Assembly (NCBI GenBank): GCA_965372795.1
Contig: CBDVDR010000018.1
Span: 10,735-74,734, forward strand
Origin: an uncultured bacterium
GTDB taxonomy: Bacteria; Zixibacteria; MSB-5A5; GN15; FEB-12
Reading direction: 5' to 3'
DNA length: 64,000 bases
Shown here: piece after piece, positions 50,207-61,222 of the stretch
Position numbering within the stretch: position 1 is the stretch's first letter
Layout of the letters: every line of letters starts with the position of its first letter
Notes under the pieces: model-generated
What the model was told of the DNA's origin: nothing
The model's database searches: none
What the model saw: only the letters and a program-made list of their open reading frames with translations
Position numbers and translations under genes: made by a program

Positions 50207-51455
50207 CCGGACCTAAAATAGTAACTACCAGTTTAGATTCATCAAAAAATTGATTTGAAAGCGAAAGTAAATCTTTGGGTGTAACTTTATCTATCAATTC
50301 CAGCGTATCCTCAAGTGGGACAATACGGCCAATCATAATTTCCTGGCGTCCCAATCGACTCATGCGGCTTGTAGTAGATTCCAGCGACAGAGTGATCTGT
50401 CCTTTAATTTGTTCTTTTACCTGATTAAGTCTTTCTGATGAAAGCTTGGTTTTCTTTAAACGATAACATTCTTTTAAAAGAATGTCGAAAGCTAAATTCA
50501 GGTTCTTCTTGTCAGTTCCAACATAAGCGCCAAATGACCCGGTATCTCGGTAGACATCATTATAAGCAAAAACAGCGTATGCCAATCCTTTCTGTTCCCT
50601 TATTTTTTGAAACAATACCGAAGACATCCCTCCACCCAGATACGCCCCCATTGCCATAGCGGCTATACGTTCAGGTGCTCCATAACTTAAACCCGGAAAA
50701 CCAATACAGAGGTGAGTCTGGTTATTATCGATTGTTTTTATCACCGTTTTTTTATCAGTATTTCTTGATTCCGGTTTAAAATCCGAAATATATCCAGCTT
50801 CGAAGTTGAAATATTTCTTAACCAGTTTAACAAATTTTTGATGAGAAACAGATCCGGCAGCGACAATTACAGTAGATTCGGAGCGGTAGTTTCTTTTTAG
50901 AAAAGAGAGTATTTTTGCTCGGGGAAGTTTCGAAATAGAATCGGCCGTTCCCAAAATCGGACGTCCAAGCGAGTTTACATTCCAGAATGTTTCCGCAAAA
51001 AGATCGTGGACATGATCAGAAGGATTATCATCAGACTCTTTGATCTCTTCCATCACAACCATTTTTTCCCGTTTTAGATTGGGCGGTGTGAAAGTTGCAT
51101 TACAGGTGATATCAGAAAGAACATCAACCGCTATTTCAAGATGTTCATCAAGTACGCGGGCGGTGTAGCAGGTTTGCTCTTTTGACGTGAAAGCATTTAA
51201 ATTGCCTCCGATAGATTCCAGAGCAGCCGCAATCTGACGGGCATTGCGGGATTTTGTCCCCTTAAAGAGCATGTGCTCGATTAAGTGTGAAACGCCATTT
51301 TCTTCATTAGTTTCATGCCGGGAGCCGACATCAATCCAAACCCCTAAAGAAATAGAACGGACTGAAGGAATAGATTCAGTTACTATCCTCAGTCCGTTCT
51401 TTAAGGTCGTTTTTTTAATTTCTCCGTTTCCGGTTTGAAAACGAGAATTAGCCAT
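50178..51455 (-). CDS. M16 (pitrilysin-family) zinc peptidase
   Basis: HLIEHMLFKGT (HxxEH), NAFTSKE, LGGGMSS.LFQ.IRE..GLAY. Confidence 0.93.
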   Translation of the reverse strand: MANSRFQTGNGEIKKTTLKNGLRIVTESIPSVRSISLGVWIDVGSRHETNEENGVSHLIEHMLFKGTKSRNARQIAAALESIGGNLNAFTSKEQTCYTARVLDEHLEIAVDVLSDITCNATFTPPNLKREKMVVMEEIKESDDNPSDHVHDLFAETFWNVNSLGRPILGTADSISKLPRAKILSFLKRNYRSESTVIVAAGSVSHQKFVKLVKKYFNFEAGYISDFKPESRNTDKKTVIKTIDNNQTHLCIGFPGLSYGAPERIAAMAMGAYLGGGMSSVLFQKIREQKGLAYAVFAYNDVYRDTGSFGAYVGTDKKNLNLAFDILLKECYRLKKTKLSSERLNQVKEQIKGQITLSLESTTSRMSRLGRQEIMIGRIVPLEDTLELIDKVTPKDLLSLSNQFFDESKLVVTILGPVEKSDFNYG

Positions 51456-51457
51456 TA

Positions 51458-53581
51458 TTAGTCACGAGGCCTTTCATTTCTATCACCATCGCTGGTATTT
51501 TCCGGTTTTGACAATAATGCCTTACGGGAAACACGAACTTTACCATCAGCTTCAATACTTAGGACTTTGACATCAAGTCTTTCGCCCATTCTCACAACAT
51601 CTTCAACGCGATTCACGCGGCGATATTCAAGTTCTGAGATATGCAGCCAGCCATCAGCCGAAGGCATGAGCTCGACTACGGCGCCAAAGTTATTGATTCG
51701 ACGGATAATACCATTGTAGACTTTTCCAACTTCAGGAACTTCAACAATTTTTTCAACCCGTGCTTTAGCGGCTAAGCCGGCTTTAGCATCGACTGAAGAA
51801 ATCAAAACGGTACCATCATCTTCAATGTCTATTTTGGCTCCGGTTTCTTCAACAATTGAACGAATCATTTTACCACCAGGTCCAATGACTCCACCGATTT
51901 TACCCGGATCAATTTTCAAAGTAATAATTCTTGGAGCAAACTGAGATAACTGATCGCGATGTTTTGGCAGAGCTTCATTCATTTTGCCAAGGATATGTAA
52001 TCTTGCAGTTTTCGCTCTTCCAAGAGCTTCTGTCATCGTTCCAATATCCAGTCCTGCAATTTTAATATCCATTTGGATCGCAGTGATACCTTGTTCGGTA
52101 CCGGTAACTTTGAAATCCATATCTCCAAAGTGATCTTCATCACCAAGGATGTCAGTCAATATGACAACATCATCGCCTTCTTTGATCAAGCCCATTGCAA
52201 TACCGGCAACAGCCGATTTGATCGGTACCCCGGCATCCATAAGAGCCAGAGAACCACCGCAAACAGAAGCCATCGAAGATGATCCGTTAGATTCCAAAAC
52301 ATCAGAAACTATTCGCACCGTATAAGGGAAACCTTCATCACTCGGAATAACCGGGAATAAGGCTCTTTCAGCTAAAGCACCATGACCAACTTCACGACGG
52401 CTGGTACCACGCATAGGTTTCGCTTCACCGGTACAGAACGGTGGGAAGTTGTAATGGAGCATATAACTTTTGGTTGATTCACCTTCGAGCTCATCAAGGC
52501 GCTGTTCGTCGACTTTGGTTCCAAGTGTTACCGCGACTAAGGCTTGAGTTTGCCCACGAGTGAATACAGATGAACCATGGGTTCTTGGCAGGAAAGAAAC
52601 ATCACAAGTGATATCACGAATATCTTCGGGATTTCTTGTGTCAATGCGTTTCTTTTCTGTGACAACCATTTTTCTCATAGATTCAGAATCAAGATCATGA
52701 ATAATGGTTTTAATATCACCAACTTCATCAGCATACTCTTCTTCAAGGGCAGCAATGATTTCATTTTTGAGAACTTTTTTATTCTTATTACGAGCTTCTT
52801 TTTCAGGAATATGATTGTATTCGTCAAGACGATTACCGACCATCTCTTTTACTTTTGCACTAAGTTCTTCAGAAATTAAAACCGGAGTGTATTCAAAATC
52901 TTCTTTACCACATAAGGCTTTCAGCTCATCGATTTTAGCAACAATGATTTTGATTTGTTCATGCCCAAATTGAAGAGCCTCTACGATTTCATTTTCAGGG
53001 ATTTCGCGACCGCCGCCTTCAACCATAGCAATCGCATCAGCAGATCCTGCCATTGTGACGTAAATATCACAATCTTCGAGTTGTTCAAAAGTTGGATTGA
53101 CAATAAACTGTCCATCCAAACGACCAACTCTTACCCCTGCCACAGTATGAGCAAAGGGAACATCAGAAATAGCCAAAGCTGCTGCGGTACCACAAAGTGC
53201 GAGAACATCAGTATCATTTTCACCATCATGAGAGATTATAAAATTTATAACCTGTGTTTCGCCTTTGAAGTCTTTTGGAAAAAGAGGTCTAATTGGACGG
53301 TCGATAAGACGAGCCGAGAGAATTTCTTTTTCCGAAGGACGTGCTTCTCTTTTGAAAAAACCGCCTGGAATTTTACCGGCGGAATAGCCTTTTTCCCGAT
53401 ATTCTACTGTTAGCGGAAAAAAGTCAAATCCAAGTCTTGGTTCTGTTTGAGCACAAACGGTTGAGATAACCATCGAGTCAGCATATCTTACGGTAACAGC
53501 ACCATTGGCCTGTTTTGCAAGTCTGCCTGTTTCTATGATCATGGTTCTTCCGCCTAGTTCAAACTCAACTTTATGTATCAT
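51458..53581 (-). CDS. pnp: Polyribonucleotide nucleotidyltransferase
   Basis: FFPLTVEY, RLIDRPIRPLF, FTRGQTQ, LESNGSSSMAS, KH and S1 domains. Confidence 0.98.
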   Translation of the reverse strand: MIHKVEFELGGRTMIIETGRLAKQANGAVTVRYADSMVISTVCAQTEPRLGFDFFPLTVEYREKGYSAGKIPGGFFKREARPSEKEILSARLIDRPIRPLFPKDFKGETQVINFIISHDGENDTDVLALCGTAAALAISDVPFAHTVAGVRVGRLDGQFIVNPTFEQLEDCDIYVTMAGSADAIAMVEGGGREIPENEIVEALQFGHEQIKIIVAKIDELKALCGKEDFEYTPVLISEELSAKVKEMVGNRLDEYNHIPEKEARNKNKKVLKNEIIAALEEEYADEVGDIKTIIHDLDSESMRKMVVTEKKRIDTRNPEDIRDITCDVSFLPRTHGSSVFTRGQTQALVAVTLGTKVDEQRLDELEGESTKSYMLHYNFPPFCTGEAKPMRGTSRREVGHGALAERALFPVIPSDEGFPYTVRIVSDVLESNGSSSMASVCGGSLALMDAGVPIKSAVAGIAMGLIKEGDDVVILTDILGDEDHFGDMDFKVTGTEQGITAIQMDIKIAGLDIGTMTEALGRAKTARLHILGKMNEALPKHRDQLSQFAPRIITLKIDPGKIGGVIGPGGKMIRSIVEETGAKIDIEDDGTVLISSVDAKAGLAAKARVEKIVEVPEVGKVYNGIIRRINNFGAVVELMPSADGWLHISELEYRRVNRVEDVVRMGERLDVKVLSIEADGKVRVSRKALLSKPENTSDGDRNERPRD

Positions 53582-53603
53582 TCTTTATAGTTCTCCTTAA
53601 CTA

Positions 53604-53873
53604 TTAGCGACGTAATGCTAATTCACCAAGTAACTGGCGATAGCTTTCAATATCATTTTTCATTAAGTATCCAAGTAACCGACGTCTATGTCCAACAAGT
53701 TTTAGCAAGCCTAGACGAGTATGAAAGTCTTTTTTATGCTCTTTCATGTGGCCGGTTAAATGATTGATTCTTGCAGTCAAAAGCGCAATCTGGACTTCAG
53801 GCGTACCAGTGTCTTTGTCATGCAATTGATGTTCAGCAATGATTTGAGCTTTTTGCTCCTTGCCGATTGCCAT
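53604..53873 (-). CDS. rpsO: 30S ribosomal protein S15
   Basis: [35 protein letters not shown]. Confidence 0.98.
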   Translation of the reverse strand: MAIGKEQKAQIIAEHQLHDKDTGTPEVQIALLTARINHLTGHMKEHKKDFHTRLGLLKLVGHRRRLLGYLMKNDIESYRQLLGELALRR

Positions 53874-54813
53874 TTTCTTTCTCCTTTTTTATTATTTCAC
53901 TTACTTTAATTTTATCTAATTTAAGTTGTTCTATAAGTTCATCCGTTGAATTGAATTTCATATTTTCTCTCACAAAACAGGTCGGATAAACAATTATTTC
54001 CTTATCATAAATATCTTTATCAAATTCAAATAAATTCGCTTCAACCGAAATCTTACCAGACGGATTGAAATGGTTTTTTCCAATAAACATCATGCCATCT
54101 TCGCGTTTGTCATTCACCCAAACTTTACAGGCATAAACTCCTTCCGGAGGAAGCAGTTTGCGATGGTTATAATTGACATTGGCAGTTGGATAACCAAGTT
54201 TTCTGCCAAGTCCTATGCCCCGTTCCACTGTCCCGTATATAGCATAATCATGCCCTAACAAATCAATCGCTTCTGAGTATTTCTCATCAAGCATTGCTTG
54301 TCTAATTCGGGACGAAGATACAGGTCGACCTTCAACCAATACCGGTCCGATTACATCGACCCCAAAGCTATATCTTTTAGCGAGTTTTGTCAATTCCGTA
54401 ATGTCACCTTTTCGATCTTTTCCGAAAGCATGGTCATATCCGACAACCAGCCTTTGTATTCCAATTTTATCAACCAAAATACTCTTAACAAAGGTTTCGT
54501 AAGGTAATTCCTTGAGTTTTTCATCAAAATTTAGGATAATTACGTCTCCCTCAAAAAAATCCGGGACAAATTTAACTTTTTCTTCAACCGTGGTTAACAG
54601 TAAAGGGACTTTATCCGGGCTTACCAGAACTCTTGGATGAGGATGGAAAGTGACCATTACAGCCGTTGTATTCATATCCGAGGCGATTTTAGTAACCTTA
54701 CGCAAGATTTCCTGATGTCCAAAATGGATACCATCAAAGGTCCCGATAGTCGCAACAACAGGCTTATCACTTTTTGGGTAGTGATCTAATCCTTTGTAGA
54801 ATTTTACACTCAA
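53833..54813 (-). CDS. ribF: Riboflavin kinase / FAD synthetase
   Basis: [33 protein letters not shown]. Confidence 0.96.
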   Translation of the reverse strand: MSVKFYKGLDHYPKSDKPVVATIGTFDGIHFGHQEILRKVTKIASDMNTTAVMVTFHPHPRVLVSPDKVPLLLTTVEEKVKFVPDFFEGDVIILNFDEKLKELPYETFVKSILVDKIGIQRLVVGYDHAFGKDRKGDITELTKLAKRYSFGVDVIGPVLVEGRPVSSSRIRQAMLDEKYSEAIDLLGHDYAIYGTVERGIGLGRKLGYPTANVNYNHRKLLPPEGVYACKVWVNDKREDGMMFIGKNHFNPSGKISVEANLFEFDKDIYDKEIIVYPTCFVRENMKFNSTDELIEQLKLDKIKVSEIIKKEKENGNRQGAKSSNHC

Positions 54814-55790
54814 TTTAATACCCGTACATAGTTGAATATTTTATCTTCAGCTGAATTTTCTTGAAATATATGCTCAGAATCTTTATTAGCCGTTCCTATA
54901 GCGAGTGGAGTTCTATCGCCATTCTTTAAAAAAATATGATCTCCGGATGTAAAACGGCCTTCAACTTCAGCAATAAATTCAGAATTTATGTCCACTCCAT
55001 TAAATACTGACGGAGTGAAATCATCTTTGACAATCATAGAACTAAATGACAAAACCTGATCATATCTCAATAAATGATTGGTTAAAGATCCATCATTGTA
55101 AGATTCTTTCATACTTTCAATACTTAAAGCATCGCTTAAACTATGGTTCCCAACCTGTTCTCTAACCAAGTGTTTCATATATGCGCCACAGCCAATGGCT
55201 TTGCCGATGTCGTAGGCTAAAGTTCTGATATAGGTGCCTTTTGAGCAGCTGACACGGATGGTTAAAATTGGTTTTTCATAACTAATTTTAATTATCTCTT
55301 TAATCTCGATTTCACGTTCAGGGGTTTCAACTTCGATATTTTTGCGAGCAAGTTCGTGGAGGCGTTTTCCATTAACTCTGACCGCAGAATAAGCAGGGAC
55401 TTTTTGAATGATTTTGCCTGAAAATGATTTTAAAATGACTTCAATCTCAGTATCAGACAGATCGGGAATTTCGTTGGGTTCAGAATTTAGAAATTCACCT
55501 TCCCTATCATAAGTAGTTGTTTCATATCCGAGACAAATATCAGCTTTATAAGTTTTGTCCATGCCGGTCATAAATTGTGCGATTTTGGTAGCTTTTCCAA
55601 TGCAAATCAATAAAAGACCTTCCGCCGCCGGATCAAGAGTGCCGGTATGTCCTACTCTTTTCTGGGAGATAGTTTTGCGAACAATTTGGACAGCATCATG
55701 ACTTGTGATGCCCGGAGGTTTATTTAACAGGAGGACTCCATCAAGAGCTTGACCAGCTTCAGCCATGAAGAACCTCTTTAAAAATTTCAA
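54810..55790 (-). CDS. truB: tRNA pseudouridine-55 synthase
   Basis: NKPPGITSHD, GHTGTLDP, CSKGTYIRTL. Confidence 0.96.
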   Translation of the reverse strand: MKFLKRFFMAEAGQALDGVLLLNKPPGITSHDAVQIVRKTISQKRVGHTGTLDPAAEGLLLICIGKATKIAQFMTGMDKTYKADICLGYETTTYDREGEFLNSEPNEIPDLSDTEIEVILKSFSGKIIQKVPAYSAVRVNGKRLHELARKNIEVETPEREIEIKEIIKISYEKPILTIRVSCSKGTYIRTLAYDIGKAIGCGAYMKHLVREQVGNHSLSDALSIESMKESYNDGSLTNHLLRYDQVLSFSSMIVKDDFTPSVFNGVDINSEFIAEVEGRFTSGDHIFLKNGDRTPLAIGTANKDSEHIFQENSAEDKIFNYVRVLN

Positions 55791-56766
55791 TTATTTGTAA
55801 TCGAGCTTTTTCAACAGACATATTTAAAGTACAACCGGCAGCATTCTTATGTCCGCCGCCGCCAAATTTAGCCGCTATTTGAGCAACATCAATTTCACTT
55901 TTAGATCTAAGGGACACTTTAGTAAGTTGGCCATTCTGTTCTTTAATAAAGGCACCGACTTTGACGGTTTTACCATATAGAGTATAATCAACCAAGCCTT
56001 CAGCGTCCGATTTATGAGCTTTGCTTTCATCGGTCATTTTATTTGTCATCACCAATATGCAGAGTTGTTCATCAAGTAAAAATTCAATATTGTTGAGTAC
56101 TTTACCGGTTAGTCTTAAAGATGCAGAATTCATTTCAAAATAAATATGTTCGTTAATTATTCTCGGGTTGGCACCATTAGCGATAAGTTTTCCGCCAATT
56201 TCCATAGTACGTGAGGAGGTTGATGAAAATCTAAAGCGACCGGTATCGGTAAGAATAGCAGTATATAGATATTCTGCTATTTGAGTATTTATATCATATC
56301 CAACATATTCGAGATATTCGTAAATCATTTCTCCGACAGACGACTTTGAACTATCCACCCAGTTTAAAAGTCCGGTAACCTGGTTATCAGCATGATGATC
56401 TAAATTTATAACTTTCTTATGCTGACTGACAAATTCGACTGGTCCACCAATTCGATTATAGTTCGGACACTCGAGAATTATTACAATATCAATTTCTAGT
56501 TTTTCGTAGTCATGATTATTTTTAACATCCAAAATTCCCTTAAGGAAATGATATTTGCCGGGAATAGGATCAGCGATTACGGGAAAGACATCTTTGCCAC
56601 AGTCTTTTAAATAGGTAGTAACTGCCATAAGACTTCCGATAGAATCGCCATCGGGGTCAACATGAGAAACAACCAGAAATTTTTGATGATTATCAATAAG
56701 CTGTTTTAATTCTTCAAAAATCTTAAAGTCGGTATCTGTATTTATTGTATTAGTCTGATTCTTCAT
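55759..56766 (-). CDS. nrnA: DHH-family oligoribonuclease / PAP phosphatase
   Basis: HVDPDGDSIGS, LDHH, TDTGRF, GGGGHKNAAG. Confidence 0.9.
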   Translation of the reverse strand: MKNQTNTINTDTDFKIFEELKQLIDNHQKFLVVSHVDPDGDSIGSLMAVTTYLKDCGKDVFPVIADPIPGKYHFLKGILDVKNNHDYEKLEIDIVIILECPNYNRIGGPVEFVSQHKKVINLDHHADNQVTGLLNWVDSSKSSVGEMIYEYLEYVGYDINTQIAEYLYTAILTDTGRFRFSSTSSRTMEIGGKLIANGANPRIINEHIYFEMNSASLRLTGKVLNNIEFLLDEQLCILVMTNKMTDESKAHKSDAEGLVDYTLYGKTVKVGAFIKEQNGQLTKVSLRSKSEIDVAQIAAKFGGGGHKNAAGCTLNMSVEKARLQIIEIFKEVLHG

Positions 56767-57106
56767 TTATCTCATTTAATAATCGTTCGATTTTAATGCC
56801 TTCTTCGATTGTAACATCAAATTTCATAGTCAGTTCCGGGATATTGCGTATATTCATGATTTTTGAAAGGTATGCCCGCATAATTTTAGTTTTTTGTTCA
56901 AGAAAATTATGGACCGACTCCCTTTTATCTTCATCACCCAGAAATGAATAATAGACTGTCGCATAGCGAAGATCATTTGAAAGTTTTACATGAGTAAAAG
57001 TAACCATGCCATGAATTTTTTCAGATAATTCATTATCAAGATACAACGAGAGATCTCTCAGTATCTGTCCACTCACTCTATCTGATCTTTTAAAGCTTTT
57101 CATCAA
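56750..57106 (-). CDS. rbfA: Ribosome-binding factor A
   Basis: RSDRV, LSNDLRYATVY, IPELTMKFD; position after infB. Confidence 0.92.
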   Translation of the reverse strand: MMKSFKRSDRVSGQILRDLSLYLDNELSEKIHGMVTFTHVKLSNDLRYATVYYSFLGDEDKRESVHNFLEQKTKIMRAYLSKIMNIRNIPELTMKFDVTIEEGIKIERLLNEINEESD

Positions 57107-57417
57107 TATATCTCCGTCTGATAATCAAGCACAATGATCTCAGAATTACTGCTTATTTTATCAACAACCTTTGCAATGACTTGATCACCGAAAGCAGTCT
57201 TATTAGTTACAATTGCTGCTCCAAGGGTAGCCGATCGCAAGACATCGTTGTCAGCAACCTCTGAAATGGAAATATTAAAATTATTCCTAAGACGGGTAAG
57301 TAGTGACTTTAATATCCGTCGTTTTTCCTTTAAAGAATTTACGGACGGGATATCTAACCTTATTTTCAAAACAACTGTAACCAAAAGTTTATGCCTATAA
57401 AGATCTCGCAGTTTCAA
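57103..57417 (-). CDS. DUF503 (YlxP-like) protein
   Basis: SLKEKRRILKSLL.RLRNNFNISISEV; located between infB and rbfA. Confidence 0.88.
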   Translation of the reverse strand: MKLRDLYRHKLLVTVVLKIRLDIPSVNSLKEKRRILKSLLTRLRNNFNISISEVADNDVLRSATLGAAIVTNKTAFGDQVIAKVVDKISSNSEIIVLDYQTEIY

Positions 57418-59734
57418 CGATCACATAAGCCTCAATACTATCTCCGACTTTTACATCATTGAAGTTTTCGAGCCCAATTCCGCACTCAAATCCTTCTTTG
57501 ACTTCTTTAGTATCATCTTTAAAACGTTTTAAAGATGATAATAATCCTTTATAAATAATTTTTTGATCCCGAATCAGATGAATTTTATCTGTTCGAGCAA
57601 TTTTACCCTCTTTGACATAGCACCCGGCGATTAAACCAATTTTCGGGACTTTAAATATATTTCTAACTTCCGCCATTCCAGCGAATTCTTCTTCAATTTT
57701 AGGAGCTAACATGCCGGACAAAGCATCCTTGACATCTTTTTCAGCTTCATAAATTATTTCATAAAGTCGAATATCGACCTTGTCATTTCTTGCCGCTTCA
57801 CGAGCGCGAGGATCTATAGTAACATGGAATCCAATGATAATTGCATCTGAAGCAGACGCTAATATAACATCCGATTCATTAATTGACCCAACCCCTTTAT
57901 GAATAATATTAGCACGAACTTCTTCAGTAGCAATTTTACCGAGGGTATCAGCTAAAACCTCAACCGATCCATCGACATCACCTTTGATAATCAAACGTAA
58001 TTCTTTTATCTGACCTTCTTTGATACGATCAAATATTTTCTCAAGGCTGACTCCACCAAGATTTCGGCGAGCTTCTTTTTCACGTTTAATCTGACTGCGT
58101 TTCAGGGCAATCTCTTTAGCTTCCTGCTCATTTTTTGTAACCATAAAAGAGTCACCTGCCTGAGGTACGCCATTTAAACCGGTAACCTGAGCAGGAACCG
58201 AGGGACCAACCGTAGTCATTTTTTGATCTTTATCATTAACCAAAGTTCTGATTCTGCCACTAAATGTACCGGCAACAATCGGCATTCCGATTCCAACGGT
58301 TCCTTTTTGAATTAGAACCGTAGCTACCGGACCGCGTCCTTTTTCAAGTTGAGAATCAATAACCACGCCTCTTCCACGTATAGTGGAATCTGCAGCTAAA
58401 TCCATCATTTCAGCCTGAAGGAGAATCATGTCGAGTAATTTATCTATGCCTTCCCCTGTTTTAGCTGAGACTTCAACCATAATATTTTTTCCGCCCCATT
58501 CTTCAGACAGAATATTATGATTTGCAAGCTGGGTACGGAGATTATCTATATTAGCATTAGGTTTATCAATTTTATTTAAGGCAACAATAATTGGAGCATT
58601 GGCTGCCCGAGCGTGGTCAATAGCCTCAATAGTTTGAGGACGCACGCCATCATCAGCAGCAACAACAAGTACTACAATATCAGTAATTTGTGATCCACGA
58701 GCACGCATAGCCGTAAAAGCTTCGTGACCGGGAGTATCAAGAAAAGTTATATTACCTTTGTCGAGTCTTACTTCATAAGCACCAATATGCTGTGTAATTG
58801 CACCTGATTCTCCATCGACAACATTAGTTTTGCGGACATAATCAAGAAAAGAAGTTTTACCGTGATCAACGTGTCCCATCACAGTAACTACCGGAGCACG
58901 AGGTGTTAGATTTTCTTCAATTTCTTCTTCTTTTAAAACTTCACCAATTTCAGCAATCTTTTCAACCTGATAATCATATTCATCAGCGATCATCTCAATC
59001 GTGTCCATATCAAGGCGCTGATTGATGGTTGCCATCATTCCCATTTCAAATAGTTTTGCAATAATATCAGCCGGCTTATAATCCATTGCGTTAGCAAGTT
59101 CAGCAACAGACATAAATTCGTTAACTTTCAGGATGTTAACTTCTATAAGATCATTTTCACCATCGGCTCCGCCAGCACGCTTATATTTTTTCTTAGATTT
59201 AGTAGTTGTGATAGTCGCCATTGTTGATTTGAATGATTTTGCAACAGCAGTTTTATCAACGACCCGATCTTTCTTTTTTCTACGTTCTTTTTTCTTTTGC
59301 TTTTTTTCAAGCTTTCTCATTATTCCGGCAACTGTGGATTTTGTATCTTTAACTTTAATTCCACCAATTTGAGTCGGAGGTTTTTTTATAATTGTAGTTT
59401 TTTTAGTTCCGGCAGGTTTCTTTGCAGCCGCCGCTTTTCTAGCATCAGCAGCCCTTTTCAATTCAATATTTCTTTTATCGACAGCCTTTTGCTCAGCGGC
59501 TTTTCTTTCAGCAGCTTTTTTAGCTTGCTCCCGATTATCCATTACTTTTTTGGCTTCCTGCTTTTCAATGGTAAATTTATGATGTATTGCTTTTACCATA
59601 TCCTCAGAGGCAACAGACATATGCGATTTAGGATTGAAATTCATTTCTTTAAGAATTGAAATCAACGCATTTGAAGAAACTTTATACTCTTTTGCGAGCT
59701 CATAAATACGTTTATTTTCAGGAGTCATCAACAA
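57395..59734 (-). CDS. infB: Translation initiation factor IF-2
   Basis: GHVDHGKTS, ITQHIGAY, DTPGHEAFTAMRARG, NKID, GFECG. Confidence 0.98.
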   Translation of the reverse strand: MLMTPENKRIYELAKEYKVSSNALISILKEMNFNPKSHMSVASEDMVKAIHHKFTIEKQEAKKVMDNREQAKKAAERKAAEQKAVDKRNIELKRAADARKAAAAKKPAGTKKTTIIKKPPTQIGGIKVKDTKSTVAGIMRKLEKKQKKKERRKKKDRVVDKTAVAKSFKSTMATITTTKSKKKYKRAGGADGENDLIEVNILKVNEFMSVAELANAMDYKPADIIAKLFEMGMMATINQRLDMDTIEMIADEYDYQVEKIAEIGEVLKEEEIEENLTPRAPVVTVMGHVDHGKTSFLDYVRKTNVVDGESGAITQHIGAYEVRLDKGNITFLDTPGHEAFTAMRARGSQITDIVVLVVAADDGVRPQTIEAIDHARAANAPIIVALNKIDKPNANIDNLRTQLANHNILSEEWGGKNIMVEVSAKTGEGIDKLLDMILLQAEMMDLAADSTIRGRGVVIDSQLEKGRGPVATVLIQKGTVGIGMPIVAGTFSGRIRTLVNDKDQKMTTVGPSVPAQVTGLNGVPQAGDSFMVTKNEQEAKEIALKRSQIKREKEARRNLGGVSLEKIFDRIKEGQIKELRLIIKGDVDGSVEVLADTLGKIATEEVRANIIHKGVGSINESDVILASASDAIIIGFHVTIDPRAREAARNDKVDIRLYEIIYEAEKDVKDALSGMLAPKIEEEFAGMAEVRNIFKVPKIGLIAGCYVKEGKIARTDKIHLIRDQKIIYKGLLSSLKRFKDDTKEVKEGFECGIGLENFNDVKVGDSIEAYVIVETARSL

Positions 59735-59771
59735 TTCACCTCCCTGGCAGGAACTAAAATATTCATATTAA

Positions 59772-61208
59772 CTATTCTTTTTCCTCAGCATCGACATCTT
59801 CGTCAATGTCATCAGAATCAACTGATTCTTCTGTTTCTGAGTCATCATCTTCATCATCATCAATATTTTCAAAAACATCATTAGCTGTCAGCTTTTTGTC
59901 AGTTCTCTTTTCTTTTTGATCAGCTTGTCTTTCTTTAAGCGTTTCTGCAAATTCTGCTTCGAGTTCAACAACAACGGCTTGAGCTTTTTCAATTAGGGTT
60001 TCAGCCGTTTTTTGGCCTAATCCATCAATTCTGGTTAGAGCTTCAATATTTGAACCCGCTAATTTCTGAATTGTGCTAATGTCAGCTTCCATAAGTTTTC
60101 CCATTAGCTTTGGACCGACACCTTCAAGTTGACCAACTGGAACCAACATCTCAGCTTCACGGCTTTTGGATGCATCATATTCGGTTTCAGACATGATGTT
60201 TACTTTCCAGCCTGTTAATTTGGAAGCCAGCCTTGCATTCTGACCGTTTCGGCCAATGGCAAGTGACAATTTTTCATCTTCAACAGCGACAGTCATCTTA
60301 CCTTCAAATTCGTTAACATCAATATTTACAACTCTTGCCGGAGCTAAGGCTCTTGTTACAAAAGCTTCAGGGTTAGTTGAATAAGGAACGATATCAATTC
60401 TTTCATTATTTAATTCACGGACAATAGACTGAACCCGAACGCCCTTGATTCCAACACAGGCTCCAACCGGATCAATTCTATCATCAGAGGAAAAAACAGC
60501 AATTTTAGCTCTTTCCCCGGGTTCGCGGGCAATAGCTCTAATTTCGATTACTTTTTCAAAAATTTCCGGAACTTCAAGTTCGAATAAAGTACTCAAGAAA
60601 TCATTACATACTCTTGAAAGAATAATCTGCGGACCGCGCATATTTTTCTGGACATCAAGAATTTGCGCCCTGACACGGTCACCCTGACGGAATCTTTCTT
60701 TTGGCAGTTGTTCTTTAACCGGAAGAATTGCTTCACCTCTTCCAAGGTTTACAATAACGTTTCCTTTATCAATCTGTTGAACAACACCTGATGCAAGCGT
60801 ACCTACTTTGTCAATAAATTCTTCGTAAATACGATCCCGTTCAGCTTCACGTACTTTTTGAATCAAAATCTGTTTAGCCGATGCAATAGCATTGCGGCCA
60901 AATTCTGACTCAAAATCAATGTATATCTCAATTTCATCATCGATCACGGCTTCCGGATCGATTTCTTTTGCTTCTGCCAGACTCATTTCGATTTCATTAT
61001 CAGAAACTTCTTCTACAACTTTTTTCATTGCAATCATCAGCAGTTCACTAGTCTTACGGTCAAAACGGAAAGAAATATTTTCTGTTTCTTTGTATTTCTT
61101 CTTAGCTGCTGCCAGTAAACTGGCTTGAAGGGTTTCAACAACTGTATCGAAATCAATATTTTTTTCTCTGGCAATAAGCGTCATTGCTTCTACCATGTCG
61201 AATGCCAT
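59772..61208 (-). CDS. nusA: Transcription termination/antitermination factor NusA
   Basis: FGRNAIASAKQ, LFELEVPEI, DPVGACVG, AIGRNGQNARLA; acidic tail. Confidence 0.97.
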   Translation of the reverse strand: MAFDMVEAMTLIAREKNIDFDTVVETLQASLLAAAKKKYKETENISFRFDRKTSELLMIAMKKVVEEVSDNEIEMSLAEAKEIDPEAVIDDEIEIYIDFESEFGRNAIASAKQILIQKVREAERDRIYEEFIDKVGTLASGVVQQIDKGNVIVNLGRGEAILPVKEQLPKERFRQGDRVRAQILDVQKNMRGPQIILSRVCNDFLSTLFELEVPEIFEKVIEIRAIAREPGERAKIAVFSSDDRIDPVGACVGIKGVRVQSIVRELNNERIDIVPYSTNPEAFVTRALAPARVVNIDVNEFEGKMTVAVEDEKLSLAIGRNGQNARLASKLTGWKVNIMSETEYDASKSREAEMLVPVGQLEGVGPKLMGKLMEADISTIQKLAGSNIEALTRIDGLGQKTAETLIEKAQAVVVELEAEFAETLKERQADQKEKRTDKKLTANDVFENIDDDEDDDSETEESVDSDDIDEDVDAEEKE

Positions 61209-61222
61209 GATTCTTTACTCCA